64,000 nucleotides of DNA from an uncultured Acidobacteriota bacterium (GTDB lineage: Bacteria; Acidobacteriota; Polarisedimenticolia; J045), in assembly GCA_963702425.1 (NCBI GenBank), contig CAVPCQ010000039.1:84338-148337 (forward strand). The letters run 5' to 3'. The translations under genes were made by a program, and so were the position numbers. A model generated the notes under the pieces. The model ran no database searches. It was given only the letters and a program-made list of their open reading frames with translations, and was not told the origin of the DNA. Positions 21,798 to 30,882 of the stretch are shown here, in pieces (position 1 is the first letter of the stretch; every line of letters begins with the position of its first letter).

Positions 21798-22816
21798 GCC
21801 TCCCCCTGGCGACCGATGAAGGAGAAGCCGGCCGCCTCGCGGTGGATCCGGCGCAGCGTCGCGAGGGCACCGTGGCCGAGATGGGGCGCGAGGCGCACCG
21901 CTTCGAGATCCTGGTCGGTGGCGGAGACGACGGTGTTGTCGGTGCAGAGCGCGACCGGGACGCCGGCCTCGAGGAAGCGCAGGATCGGGTGCGGCGCCCC
22001 CCTGGCCACCGCGCCCGTCTGGTAGTTCGACGTGGGGCAGCACTCGACGCAGATCCGGTCCTTCGCAAGTCGGCGCAGCAGGGCGCGGTCGGTGATCGCG
22101 GAGCAGCCGTGGCCGATCCGCTGCGCACCCAGCTCGTCGATCGCCTCCCAGACGTACTCCGGCCCGGCCGCCTCACCCGCGTGCACGGTCAGCCCGAGCC
22201 CTCCCTTGCGCGCGATGTCGAACGACTCGCGGAAGAGGTGCGGCGGGTTGCCGCGCTCGGGACCGGCGATGTCGAAGCCGACGACCCCGGTCCGTTCGTG
22301 CAGGTGCTCGGCCTCGGCGATCGCCTGGCGGGCGAGGATCTTGGCGATGTGCGGCCCGTGCTGGCGCATCGCGATCACGACCAGGCCGCAGCGGATGCGG
22401 GGATGGGCCTTCTGGACGTGGTTGAAACCGGAGAGGACCGCGCGGATCGCCTGCCGCACATTGAGGCCGGCGTAGGTGTGGATGACCGGCGAGTAGCGCA
22501 GTTCCAGCACCTCGACGCGGTGGGCCAGGGCGTCGCGTACGATCGCGATCGAGGCCTCGCGCACGTTCTCGTAGAACTGCGTGATCCAGAGCGGGTAGTA
22601 GAACTTGTCGAGGTAGGAGAGGAGCGAGCCCTCCTCCTCCGGCTGCAGCACCAGCCGGCGGCGCATCTCCGCGGCCGTCTCGACCGGGTTCAGGCCGTGG
22701 TGCCGGAGCAGCCGCCATTGGGTCCGCAGCGGGATCGAGCCGTCGACGTGTTGGTGCAGCTCCACCTTCCGGAGCGCCTGGATCGAGGCGGGGACCTTCG
22801 GCCGGCGAACCGCCAT
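21794..22816 (-). CDS. add: Adenosine deaminase family protein
   Basis: KVELHQHVDGS, ELRYSP, GFDIAGPE, TVHAGE, RIGHG, CPTSN, TDN. Confidence 0.85.
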   Translation of the reverse strand: MAVRRPKVPASIQALRKVELHQHVDGSIPLRTQWRLLRHHGLNPVETAAEMRRRLVLQPEEEGSLLSYLDKFYYPLWITQFYENVREASIAIVRDALAHRVEVLELRYSPVIHTYAGLNVRQAIRAVLSGFNHVQKAHPRIRCGLVVIAMRQHGPHIAKILARQAIAEAEHLHERTGVVGFDIAGPERGNPPHLFRESFDIARKGGLGLTVHAGEAAGPEYVWEAIDELGAQRIGHGCSAITDRALLRRLAKDRICVECCPTSNYQTGAVARGAPHPILRFLEAGVPVALCTDNTVVSATDQDLEAVRLAPHLGHGALATLRRIHREAAGFSFIGRQGEA

Positions 22817-22820
22817 CGGC

Positions 22821-23081
22821 TCAGCGGTCCGCGGCTTCAACGTCGTCGGCGTCGCCGAACCCGGCGTGGGATCCGGGCGGTTCGACCGTCAGGAGGGCAG
22901 CCCAACGCGGCCGCGCGGGCGGCGCACCGAGCAGGCGCAGATTCGCGGCGCCCTGCCCGCAATCGGAGCAATCGGGGTTCGTCTGCCAGTGGTGGCGGAA
23001 GACGCAGTCCTTCATGTTGTACCAGACGCGGAACTTCCAGCAGTAGAAGTCGTCGCGTGGACCGCGCGGGCCGATCTGCAT
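22821..23081 (-). CDS. Small Cys-rich hypothetical protein (86 aa)
   Basis: GGAGG RBS; MQIGPRGPRDDFYCWKFRVWYNMKDCVFRHHWQTNPDCSDCGQG; stop 4 nt before the deaminase start. Confidence 0.65.
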   Translation of the reverse strand: MQIGPRGPRDDFYCWKFRVWYNMKDCVFRHHWQTNPDCSDCGQGAANLRLLGAPPARPRWAALLTVEPPGSHAGFGDADDVEAADR

Positions 23082-23148
23082 CGGCACACCTCCGGGATGG
23101 GCGGGCAGGATAACAAACGGTCCGGGGCGGGGCCAGAATGGGTGGACG

Positions 23149-24516
23149 ATGGCGGAAAGGGCGACGACCCGGGATGTCACGCGCGCCTTGCGGCGGGCCG
23201 GCATCGCGCTCGCCGCGGTGCAGGTTCTGATCGCCGGCTGGGCCTGGTGGCGGATGCTGCACCGCGGGGTGGGGCAGACCGACATCGTCGGCTCAGCCTT
23301 CGCCCTGCTGATCACGGCGCTGGCCGCGAGCCTCGTCGCGACCTGGCCGCTCGTGGCCCGCCGCGGGACGCGGGCAGCGGTGGCCTGGGTCGCCGCCGCC
23401 GTGCTGGCTTTGCCGGTCAGCGCTTGGCTCGCGCTGCGCTCCGCCGAGCCGCGCTACCGCTACGAGATCTCACTCTCGAGCGGCTCGTACGATGCACCGG
23501 ACGGTGCCTTCCGCTGGAGCGTCACGCTGGCCGAACCGTTCACCGCGGGTCATCACGCCCTGCTCGAGATCGAGCGCGACGGTCGCTCGACGACGTTGCC
23601 GATCGCGCTGCGGCGCTCCCCGCGCGACAACGTCGCCGCCGGGGCCTGGGGGCTGGCGCTGCGGCCGCTGGGCGAGGGGCGCTACTGGCTCACCGTCGGG
23701 ACCGCGTGGGCACGCGGCGGGCCGCAGTACTTCCTGCTCGAGTGGTCGGGGGCGACCCCGCGGCTGAAGGAGATCGTGCGTGGCCTCGTGGTCGAGGACG
23801 GCCGCGCGCGCTGGGACTGCGGCGTCTGGGGCGAGGAGCTGCGAGCCAGCCCGGAGCCGGACGACCTCTGCCGGCAGGACGGCACGCTGCCGCCGGTCCG
23901 CGCCTGCCGGCTGGAGCGCCTCGCGGCCGCGTGCGAGGCGGCGGTCGCGCCGGCTGCGGGATGTCAGCCCGAGCTCGCCGGCGACGCGCTGGCGGTCGTC
24001 GCGTGCCTGGAACGGCGGGCCCGGGATGGGGACCCGCTGGCCTGGGACGCGCTGGTGCTGGCCTCGACCGTGGGCCGCGACGGGGGCGCCCTCTACGACC
24101 TGCTGGCGCGCTCGCTCGCGGCCGAGCAGCCGCGTGATCCAGCCTGCGCCGCGCTGCGCCACGGTGCGCGGCAACTCGCCGCCGGTCGCCGGCTCGGGCG
24201 CTGGTGGGAGTGGGTGCGCCTCGACGGCGCCCGGACGCTACTGGAGGCGCATGGTGTCCCGGGGGCGGAGCGCGGGCGGTGTCCCTCGCTGCCACCGGTC
24301 GCCGCGGAACTCGCGCGCGAGCGACCGGCGCTGGCGTGGGAGGCAGCCCTGGTGGCGCGCGACGCGGGACGCGGCGACGAGTCGTGCTCCCGGGTGCTGG
24401 CCATGGCGGCGAGCGGCGAGATCGAGCGGCTGGCGTCGCCAGAGCGGGAGGCCGCCGACGCGTGGCGCGCGGCCTGCGCCGCGCGCGGCGCCGCTACCCC
24501 CGCTGCCGTGCGGTGA
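23149..24516 (+). CDS. Hypothetical membrane protein with Cys-containing C-terminal domain
   Basis: 455-aa ORF with three N-terminal TM segments and about ten Cys in the soluble part. Confidence 0.65.
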   Translation: MAERATTRDVTRALRRAGIALAAVQVLIAGWAWWRMLHRGVGQTDIVGSAFALLITALAASLVATWPLVARRGTRAAVAWVAAAVLALPVSAWLALRSAEPRYRYEISLSSGSYDAPDGAFRWSVTLAEPFTAGHHALLEIERDGRSTTLPIALRRSPRDNVAAGAWGLALRPLGEGRYWLTVGTAWARGGPQYFLLEWSGATPRLKEIVRGLVVEDGRARWDCGVWGEELRASPEPDDLCRQDGTLPPVRACRLERLAAACEAAVAPAAGCQPELAGDALAVVACLERRARDGDPLAWDALVLASTVGRDGGALYDLLARSLAAEQPRDPACAALRHGARQLAAGRRLGRWWEWVRLDGARTLLEAHGVPGAERGRCPSLPPVAAELARERPALAWEAALVARDAGRGDESCSRVLAMAASGEIERLASPEREAADAWRAACAARGAATPAAVR

Positions 24517-24725
24517 GGCGCCGAATGATCTCGTCCTCAGCCCGGAAAGTCACCGGACTGGTGCTTGCTGAAGACGAGGTCGCCCTCGGCGAAGATGTCG
24601 AACACCCCGCCCGAGCCGCCGACCAGCTCGGGCTCGGCGCCGACCTCGGACCGGATTCTGGCCGCGAGACTCGCAGCCCGGGGGAGGTAGTTTCAAGCCG
24701 TGCAGTAGACGATCCGGACTTTCAT
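24494..24725 (-). CDS. SelW/SelT/SelH (Rdx) family selenoprotein, CxxU
   Basis: MKVRIVYCTA-TGA(24693-24695)-NYLPRAASLA...GSGGVFDIFAEGDLVFSKH..GDFP; GGAGG RBS; SECIS-like hairpin after the UGA. As assembled it stops at 24537; removing one base extends it (AEDEIIRRL) to TAG at 24494. Confidence 0.85.
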
Positions 24726-24827
24726 CGGGCAGCCCTCCAGGACGGGTGTGGCCGGAGATCCTAGCCCGGAACTGCGGGACCGGCCCGGGTCCGTGCCACG
24801 GGCGCCCGGCGGCGGCGCGGGCCCGGC

Positions 24828-25763
24828 TCAGCGCCGGGCGAGCAGGCTGTCGGGTGCGAGCGCGACGCTGCGGTTCCGGCCCTGGTTCTTCGCGCTGTAG
24901 AGCGCCTGGTCGGCGGCCCGCAGCAGGTCCTCGGCTCCGACATCGATCGGGGGCTGCAGCGAGGAGACGCCGACGCTGATCGTCACGACCCCGGACGGGG
25001 GGTTTTCGGGGTGCGGAATCGCGAGCCGCTCGACCGCCTGGCGCAGGCGGTCGGCGACGGTGAACCCGCCGCGCTCGTCGGTCTCCGGGAAGATGCAGGT
25101 GAATTCCTCGCCGCCATAACGGAAACACTGGTCCGAGGTCCGCACCGTCTCGTCGATCGCGGCCGCGACGGCGCGCAGCGCGTTGTCTCCAGCCTCGTGG
25201 CCGAAGCGGTCGTTGAAGGCCTTGAACCGGTCGATGTCGATCATCGCGACCGAGAGGAAGCGCTGGAACCGTCGGGCCAGCTCGAACGAATGCCGATACT
25301 CCAAGTCGAAGTGCCGCCGGTTGCCGATCCCGGTCAGACCATCGACGCGCGTCATCCGCTCGAGCATCTGGTTCTTCTCCTGCAGTGCCGCCTGCAGGTC
25401 GAGGATCCGGCGGCCCGCCGTCAGGCGCGCCATCAGCTCGTCGCGGTGCCAGGGTTTGCCGACGAAGTCGTCGGCCCCCGCCTCGAGCGCCTCGGCGGCG
25501 TCGCGACTCTCCGACTTGGAGGTCAGGAGGATGACGTAGACGTAGCGGCCGAGTTCACCGCCGCGGATCTCTTGGACCAGCTGGAGGCCGTCCATCTCGG
25601 GCATCATCCAGTCGGTGACGACGAGACCGATCTGCTCGGCGCGCAGGACGTCCCACGCCTCGCGCCCGTCGGCGGCGGCGACGACGTCGTAGCCCATCCG
25701 CGCGACGGCTGCGGTCAGCATCCGCCGGGAGACCGGCTCGTCCTCGACGACCAGGATGCGCAT
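24828..25763 (-). CDS. Response regulator receiver-diguanylate cyclase
   Basis: [50 protein letters not shown]. Confidence 0.93.
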   Translation of the reverse strand: MRILVVEDEPVSRRMLTAAVARMGYDVVAAADGREAWDVLRAEQIGLVVTDWMMPEMDGLQLVQEIRGGELGRYVYVILLTSKSESRDAAEALEAGADDFVGKPWHRDELMARLTAGRRILDLQAALQEKNQMLERMTRVDGLTGIGNRRHFDLEYRHSFELARRFQRFLSVAMIDIDRFKAFNDRFGHEAGDNALRAVAAAIDETVRTSDQCFRYGGEEFTCIFPETDERGGFTVADRLRQAVERLAIPHPENPPSGVVTISVGVSSLQPPIDVGAEDLLRAADQALYSAKNQGRNRSVALAPDSLLARR

Positions 25764-26116
25764 CAGGCAGAGAACTCCCTCGTGAACGCGGCGACTCGCT
25801 CGAGTTCCGCTGCGAGGTCACCGGCCAGCGCGGCGAGCCCGGTCCCGTCGCCGGCCCGCCCGCGGCTCTCGATCGCGTAGGCGATGTCGCGGGCCCGGCC
25901 CGCCGCCAGGTTCGCGGCCGCTCCCTTGATGCTGTGCGCCGCCGAGGCGACCTCCTTCAGGTCCCCGGCGGAGAGCGCCCCCGCCAGCCGTTCGAGACGC
26001 TGGCGGGCGTCGTCGAGGAAGAGATCGAGCAGTTCCCGATAGAACTCGCGATCGTCCCCGGCGCGCGCCAGGCCATCCGCGAGGTCGACCGGACAAACAT
26101 CGCACGACACAGTCAT
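25763..26116 (-). CDS. Hpt (histidine phosphotransfer) protein
   Basis: [11 protein letters not shown] motif; TGATG coupling to the cyclase. Confidence 0.88.
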   Translation of the reverse strand: MTVSCDVCPVDLADGLARAGDDREFYRELLDLFLDDARQRLERLAGALSAGDLKEVASAAHSIKGAAANLAAGRARDIAYAIESRGRAGDGTGLAALAGDLAAELERVAAFTREFSA

Positions 26117-26289
26117 GTGTCCCTCTCGACCGGTGCGGGCCGGTCGGTCTGCGCCCCTCCCCCAGCGGGGACCAAAGAGAATGTAGGCGGCGCGGGGCGT
26201 TCGGCCCAGTCCGGCGTTGCGTTCCGCCGGCCGGCAGCCAGAATGGCGGAAACGCCGGGAGAACGCGCCCCCGGCGGGGAGTTCCGGCC

Positions 26290-26685
26290 GTGCCGCTCGC
26301 CCCTTCCCGCGACCTCGAAACGGTTCCCAACCCGGCACCGGAGCGGCCCTACCGGATCCGGATGGTTGCCCCGGAGTTCACCTGCCTGTGCCCCCGGACC
26401 GGTCAGCCCGACTTTGCGGCGATCGAGATCGACTACGTTCCCGGCCCGCGCCTGGTCGAGCTGAAGTCGCTCAAGCAGTACCTCTGGTCGTGGCGCAACG
26501 AGGGGATCTTCCACGAGGCGGTGACGAACCGGATCCTCGACGACCTCTGCCGGGTCCTCGACCCCGCCTGGATGCGCGTCACCGGTCACTTCAAGGTCCG
26601 GGGCGGGGTCACGACGACGGTTGCAGCCCAGCACGGGACGCCCCCTGCGACGATGCCGGAGTGCCCGGCGCCGCAGGGACTGTGA
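26290..26685 (+). CDS. queF: NADPH-dependent preQ0 reductase
   Basis: [35 protein letters not shown]. Confidence 0.93.
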   Translation: MPLAPSRDLETVPNPAPERPYRIRMVAPEFTCLCPRTGQPDFAAIEIDYVPGPRLVELKSLKQYLWSWRNEGIFHEAVTNRILDDLCRVLDPAWMRVTGHFKVRGGVTTTVAAQHGTPPATMPECPAPQGL

Positions 26686-26692
26686 GGCGGCT

Positions 26693-27016
26693 GTGGCCGG
26701 GCCGCGCGCGCGCGCGATCGAGATCTTCCCGAACGGCGAGGTGGGGATCGTCTGGGACGACGGTCGCGAGGATTTCCACTCCGCCCGGGCGCTGCGGCTG
26801 GCCTGCCCCTGTGCCGAGTGCGTCGACGAGCTGACCGGCCAGAAACGGCTCGACCCGGCGCGGGTCCACGCCGCGCTGAGGGCCCTTCACTGGGCGCCGG
26901 TCGGGCACTACGCGGTGCAGTTCCGCTGGTCGGACGGGCACGACACCGGGCTCTTCACGTTCGAGACCCTGCGCGCGCTCGGCGGGGCGGACGTGGCCGG
27001 TTCGAACGGTCCCTAG
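26693..27016 (+). CDS. DUF971 (GBBH N-terminal-like) protein
   Basis: WDDG, LRLACPCAEC, VGHYAVQFRWSDGHDTGLF. Confidence 0.88.
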   Translation: MAGPRARAIEIFPNGEVGIVWDDGREDFHSARALRLACPCAECVDELTGQKRLDPARVHAALRALHWAPVGHYAVQFRWSDGHDTGLFTFETLRALGGADVAGSNGP

Positions 27017-27068
27017 TCCGCCTCCGGTCGCACGGGGCCGGCAGCGCCGGCCCCGTGCGGGGGAAGAG

Positions 27069-27494
27069 TCAGTCCAGCAACGGCGCTCCGCGGCCGCCGG
27101 GGAGTGGAGCCTCGCCGATGCCGGCCCCGGTGGCGCCGAGCGGGAGCCAGAGCACCCGGGGGAGCGAGCCGGGGAGGAGCTCCAGGAACGGCTCCAGCCA
27201 CGGGACTCCGGTGGTCGGATCGGCCAGGGCGGTCGGCGGTCCGGCCGCGGTTGACCCCGGCGCGGGCGGGATCGACAGGGTCGACGGGGGGGATCCCGGC
27301 CCCGCTCCAATCGAAACCGGCCACGGGCTGCCAGCGTCGCCGCCGTACCGGTCGTGGTCGAGGGAGGGGTTCTCGGTCCTGTCGGGGGAGCCGCGGCCGT
27401 CAGGGCTCTGCTCCTGGGCCATGGCGGCGGACGGGAAGACGAGCAGGGCGGCGAGCAGAACGCGCCGCGGGACGACACAGAGGGTGAGTCTCAT
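27069..27494 (-). CDS. Small secreted Pro/Gly-rich protein (141 aa)
   Basis: GGAGG plus TGATG coupling to the upstream regulator; Sec signal MRLTLCVVPRRVLLAALLVFPSAAMA-Q. Confidence 0.65.
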   Translation of the reverse strand: MRLTLCVVPRRVLLAALLVFPSAAMAQEQSPDGRGSPDRTENPSLDHDRYGGDAGSPWPVSIGAGPGSPPSTLSIPPAPGSTAAGPPTALADPTTGVPWLEPFLELLPGSLPRVLWLPLGATGAGIGEAPLPGGRGAPLLD

Positions 27495-28678
27495 CAGCGG
27501 ACCTCCCTGGCGAGCGCGGGCACGACTTCGGCGTGACCGCGCGGTTCGAGCAGTGGGCGCACGTCCTCCGCGCCCGTGGGGAACGACTCCAGGAAACGAA
27601 CGACGTGGCGAAGCGACCGCAGCGCGGCGCGGGCCTCGGCCTGGTCGCGCTCGCGCACGCCCAGCCGCCAGAGCTCGAGGTAGACGTCGAAGAGCTCGGG
27701 CGCCAGGTCGAGCTTGCGCGCGAGCCGCCGGGCCTGGGCGAGAAGTGCGCGCGCCGCGTCGCTGCGGCGGCGGAGCCCTTCGACCCGCGCCTCCTCGACC
27801 AGCGCCTGAACGACCACCTGCGACAGCCCGCGAGCCTCGGCCACGGCCCGAGCCCGCCGTGCCCAATCGACCGCCTGGGGCAGGCGGCCGCGCCGCCGTT
27901 CGATCGCTGCCAGCGCGGCCATGCCGGCCGCCTCGAGCTGCAGCTCCCCGCCGCGCCGCGCTCCATCGATCGCTTGCAGCCAGGCCTCGAGGGCCGCGTC
28001 GAGCTGACCGTCTGCCTCGAGACACTGGGCGTTGAGCGCGGACGCGCCGGCCTCGATCTCCGCCGGCCACGGGCGTGGCACCTCGCGCAGCGCCGCGTGC
28101 GCGGCGCGCGCGAGCAGCGGCTGCCCCAGGCCGAAGGCGACGCGGACGACGAGGAACAGTGCCCAGGCCCGATCTTCCGGGGCCAGGGTCTCGGCCATCA
28201 GGTCGTCGAGGATGGCGCGCGCGGCGTGGAACCGACCGGCTGCCGCCAGCGCGCGCGCGGTGCCGATCCGGCTGCGGGCTCGCGGACGTGGGCTCCCCGA
28301 TTCGAGGGCCCGCACCTCGGCCTGTTCGTAGAGCAGCAGCGCGCGCGCGACCTCCCCGGCCAGGCCCGCCTGGCGGGCGCGCGCCAGGAGGTCATCCAGC
28401 GGCCACTGGTCGAGTCCCTCCTGTTCGAGCCGTGCCAGCTCGTGTGACAGTTCCAGCCGCTCTGCGAGCAGCCCGAGGCGGACGCGGTAGAGCCGCGACA
28501 GCGCCATGAGCTTGAGAGCGGAGACCCGGGCCTTCCCGTTCTCGAGTCGCGATAGCAGGGAGCGCGTGACCGGTTCGGGCTCCTGTAGCGTCAGCCGCTC
28601 GACGTCCTCGAGCGTCAGCCGCCGCGACTCTCGAAGGGCCCGGATGTAGCTCCCGAACCGCTTCGATCCTGCAACCAC
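27494..28678 (-). CDS. XRE-family HTH regulator with C-terminal TPR-like helical repeats
   Basis: GGAGG-N4-GTG; FGSYIRALRESRRLTLEDV..SLLSRLENG; repeated helical motifs (ALLLYEQA, GRFHAARAIL, GQLDAALEAW, GRLPQAVDWA). Confidence 0.85.
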   Translation of the reverse strand: MVAGSKRFGSYIRALRESRRLTLEDVERLTLQEPEPVTRSLLSRLENGKARVSALKLMALSRLYRVRLGLLAERLELSHELARLEQEGLDQWPLDDLLARARQAGLAGEVARALLLYEQAEVRALESGSPRPRARSRIGTARALAAAGRFHAARAILDDLMAETLAPEDRAWALFLVVRVAFGLGQPLLARAAHAALREVPRPWPAEIEAGASALNAQCLEADGQLDAALEAWLQAIDGARRGGELQLEAAGMAALAAIERRRGRLPQAVDWARRARAVAEARGLSQVVVQALVEEARVEGLRRRSDAARALLAQARRLARKLDLAPELFDVYLELWRLGVRERDQAEARAALRSLRHVVRFLESFPTGAEDVRPLLEPRGHAEVVPALAREVR

Positions 28679-29189
28679 TTGACCTCCCTTGCCGGGCGGC
28701 AGCGATAGCGCCCCCAACCTGGCGCCCAGGTCCACCCGGCGGCGGGAGAGGAATTACGCGGATACGCGGTGCGGATCGAGGGGTTCGCGGGGGAAAGGAC
28801 GCGGATGGCTCGGGGAATCCCCAAGCACGTGCCGAGTCGCGGTCGGCGGCGTCCCAGCACCGCAACGCCCGCTCAGAGCGCGGCACGAAGGCGGACCTCG
28901 GCGAAGCCGGGGTCGGGAGGCCGGGGAGGCCCAACGCAAGCCGGCTCGTCAGTTGAATCGGAGACAGCGACCGCAGGCCGAGCGGCCCGGGGACTCACCT
29001 CGCCGCGCACGGACGACCATCCGACGCCGGGCGGCTCTTCCCGCCCGGGCCCGACGCGCGGCCCGCGGATGCCGTGACGATGTCACGCGAAACGGCGGGC
29101 AAGCCAGCCACACCGCGCGTGTCATCCTGACAACGCGTCCCCTTCGATCCGGAACGGCGCACTCGGCCTGATGCTTTTCCGAGAGGCGG

Positions 29190-29435
29190 TCAGACCCCTT
29201 CTTCCGTCCGGGCGAGCTTCTCGCGCACCTTCTCGCGCACCTTCTCGCTGACCTCGCCGAGCTTCTCGCCGGCCTTGCCGTACTTCTCCGAGGCCCAGCG
29301 GCCCACCTGCTCGCGTGTCTCCCGCCCGCTCTTGGGCGAGGTCAGCAGCGCGATCCCGGCCCCGACGAGGCCACCGAGGATGAATGCACCGAGAATGGCG
29401 AGTCCGCCCGACCCACGATCGTCGTCCATTGTCAT
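29190..29435 (-). CDS. YtxH domain protein
   Basis: FILGGLVGAGIALLTSPKSGRETREQV signature. Confidence 0.85.
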   Translation of the reverse strand: MTMDDDRGSGGLAILGAFILGGLVGAGIALLTSPKSGRETREQVGRWASEKYGKAGEKLGEVSEKVREKVREKLARTEEGV

Positions 29436-29797
29436 TTCCTCCTGCGAAGAGTGTCGGTGCGGGGTTTCCTGAACAGCCAGCGCACCACTTTGTACGCCGC
29501 GACCAGCCCGGCCGCCAGCGGCGCGCGGCTTCTGAGCGACGACACCGCGCCTTCCAGCTCGTGTGCCAGCGGCGGGAGCTGGTTGAGCACATCGCTCGCG
29601 CGGGCGACCGCCTCGCTCGTCTTGCGGGCGTTCGCCAGCGTGATCTCGAGGTCGGGAACGAGGCGGGTCACGGCCGTGCGGATCTCCCGCACGGCGGCAC
29701 GCGCCTCGACGATGAGCTGCACGAGATAGACGGTGAGGACGGACAGCAGCGCAACGACCACGGCGGCCAGGACGATCCACAGCACCGAAGGGTTCAT
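29432..29797 (-). CDS. DUF948/YtxG-like membrane protein
   Basis: N-terminal TM then amphipathic helix; overlaps the YtxH start, matching the usual pairing. Confidence 0.7.
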   Translation of the reverse strand: MNPSVLWIVLAAVVVALLSVLTVYLVQLIVEARAAVREIRTAVTRLVPDLEITLANARKTSEAVARASDVLNQLPPLAHELEGAVSSLRSRAPLAAGLVAAYKVVRWLFRKPRTDTLRRRK

Positions 29798-29901
29798 ACG
29801 GACGTTGTACCACGCGCCGCGCGCCCGTGTCACCGCGCCGGAGGGCGCGCCCGGGGAACGGGCTAGCCCGGAGCTGCGGGCGGGTTAGAATCATCGGCTC
29901 G

Positions 29902-30882
29902 ATGACCCGATCGTCCCGCGTCTCCTCCGGACACGAGATCGTCGTGGCCTGCGCATCGCCCGCCGACGCCGGCGTGGCAGGAGCGCTGGCCCGGCACCCC
30001 GGCGTCCGCTTCGTCGAGCACCTGCCGCTCGCCGGCCCCGCGCTCGCCGCGGCGGCGGCCGAGGCCGACGTGCTCGTGACGCGGGCCTGGCAGCGCGTCG
30101 ATCGCGCCGTGCTCGGGGCCGGGAGCGGTCGCCTCCGGGCCGTCGTCCAGGGGTCGGCGGGACTCGACAACGTCGACCACGAGGCGGCTTCGGAGCTGGG
30201 GGTGGAGGTGGTCGCGGTCGATCCCGGCAACGCGACCGGGGTCGCGGAGCTGACGCTCCTGTCGCTGATCGCGCTCTGGCGCGGCCTCCCCGCGCACTGG
30301 AGCGCGACCGCCGCCGGCCGGTGGCCCGATCGCGAGCGGCTGCCCGACCGCGAGATCGCCGGGAAGACGCTCGGCCTGGTCGGGCTGGGCCGGGTCGGGA
30401 CCCGGGTCAGCCGCCGCGCCCGGGCCTGCGAGATGACCGTGCTGGCGGTCGATCCCTACATCCCCGCGGAGACGTTCCCGGCTTCCGGTGCGGTGCGGGT
30501 CGCCTCGCTCGAGGAACTGCTGCCGCGCTGCGATGCGCTCAGCCTGCACTGCCCGCTGACCGCCGAGACGCGGGGGATGATCGGTGCCGCCCAGCTGACC
30601 CGGTTGCCCGCAGGGGCGCTGCTGATCAACACCGCGCGCGGCGGGATCGTGGACGAGGCGGCCCTGGCGGCCGCGCTCGACGCCGGACGCCTCGCGGGTG
30701 CGGCGCTCGACGTGTTCGAGCGCGAGCCGGTCGTGGCTGCGGGGATCGCCTCGCACGCGAAGGTGCTCGCCACACCCCACCTCGCGGGTCACACGCTCGA
30801 ATCCCATCACGCCCGCGCCCGGAACCTCGCTGAAGCGTTGGAGGCGCTCGTCGTCCGCCTGGCTCCGGAGGACCGTCGATGA
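29902..30882 (+). CDS. D-2-hydroxyacid dehydrogenase (SerA-like catalytic domain)
   Basis: GLDNVD, GKTLGLVGLGRVG, LHCPLTAETRG, INTARGGIVDE, ALDVF, TPHLAG. Confidence 0.9.
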   Translation: MTRSSRVSSGHEIVVACASPADAGVAGALARHPGVRFVEHLPLAGPALAAAAAEADVLVTRAWQRVDRAVLGAGSGRLRAVVQGSAGLDNVDHEAASELGVEVVAVDPGNATGVAELTLLSLIALWRGLPAHWSATAAGRWPDRERLPDREIAGKTLGLVGLGRVGTRVSRRARACEMTVLAVDPYIPAETFPASGAVRVASLEELLPRCDALSLHCPLTAETRGMIGAAQLTRLPAGALLINTARGGIVDEAALAAALDAGRLAGAALDVFEREPVVAAGIASHAKVLATPHLAGHTLESHHARARNLAEALEALVVRLAPEDRR

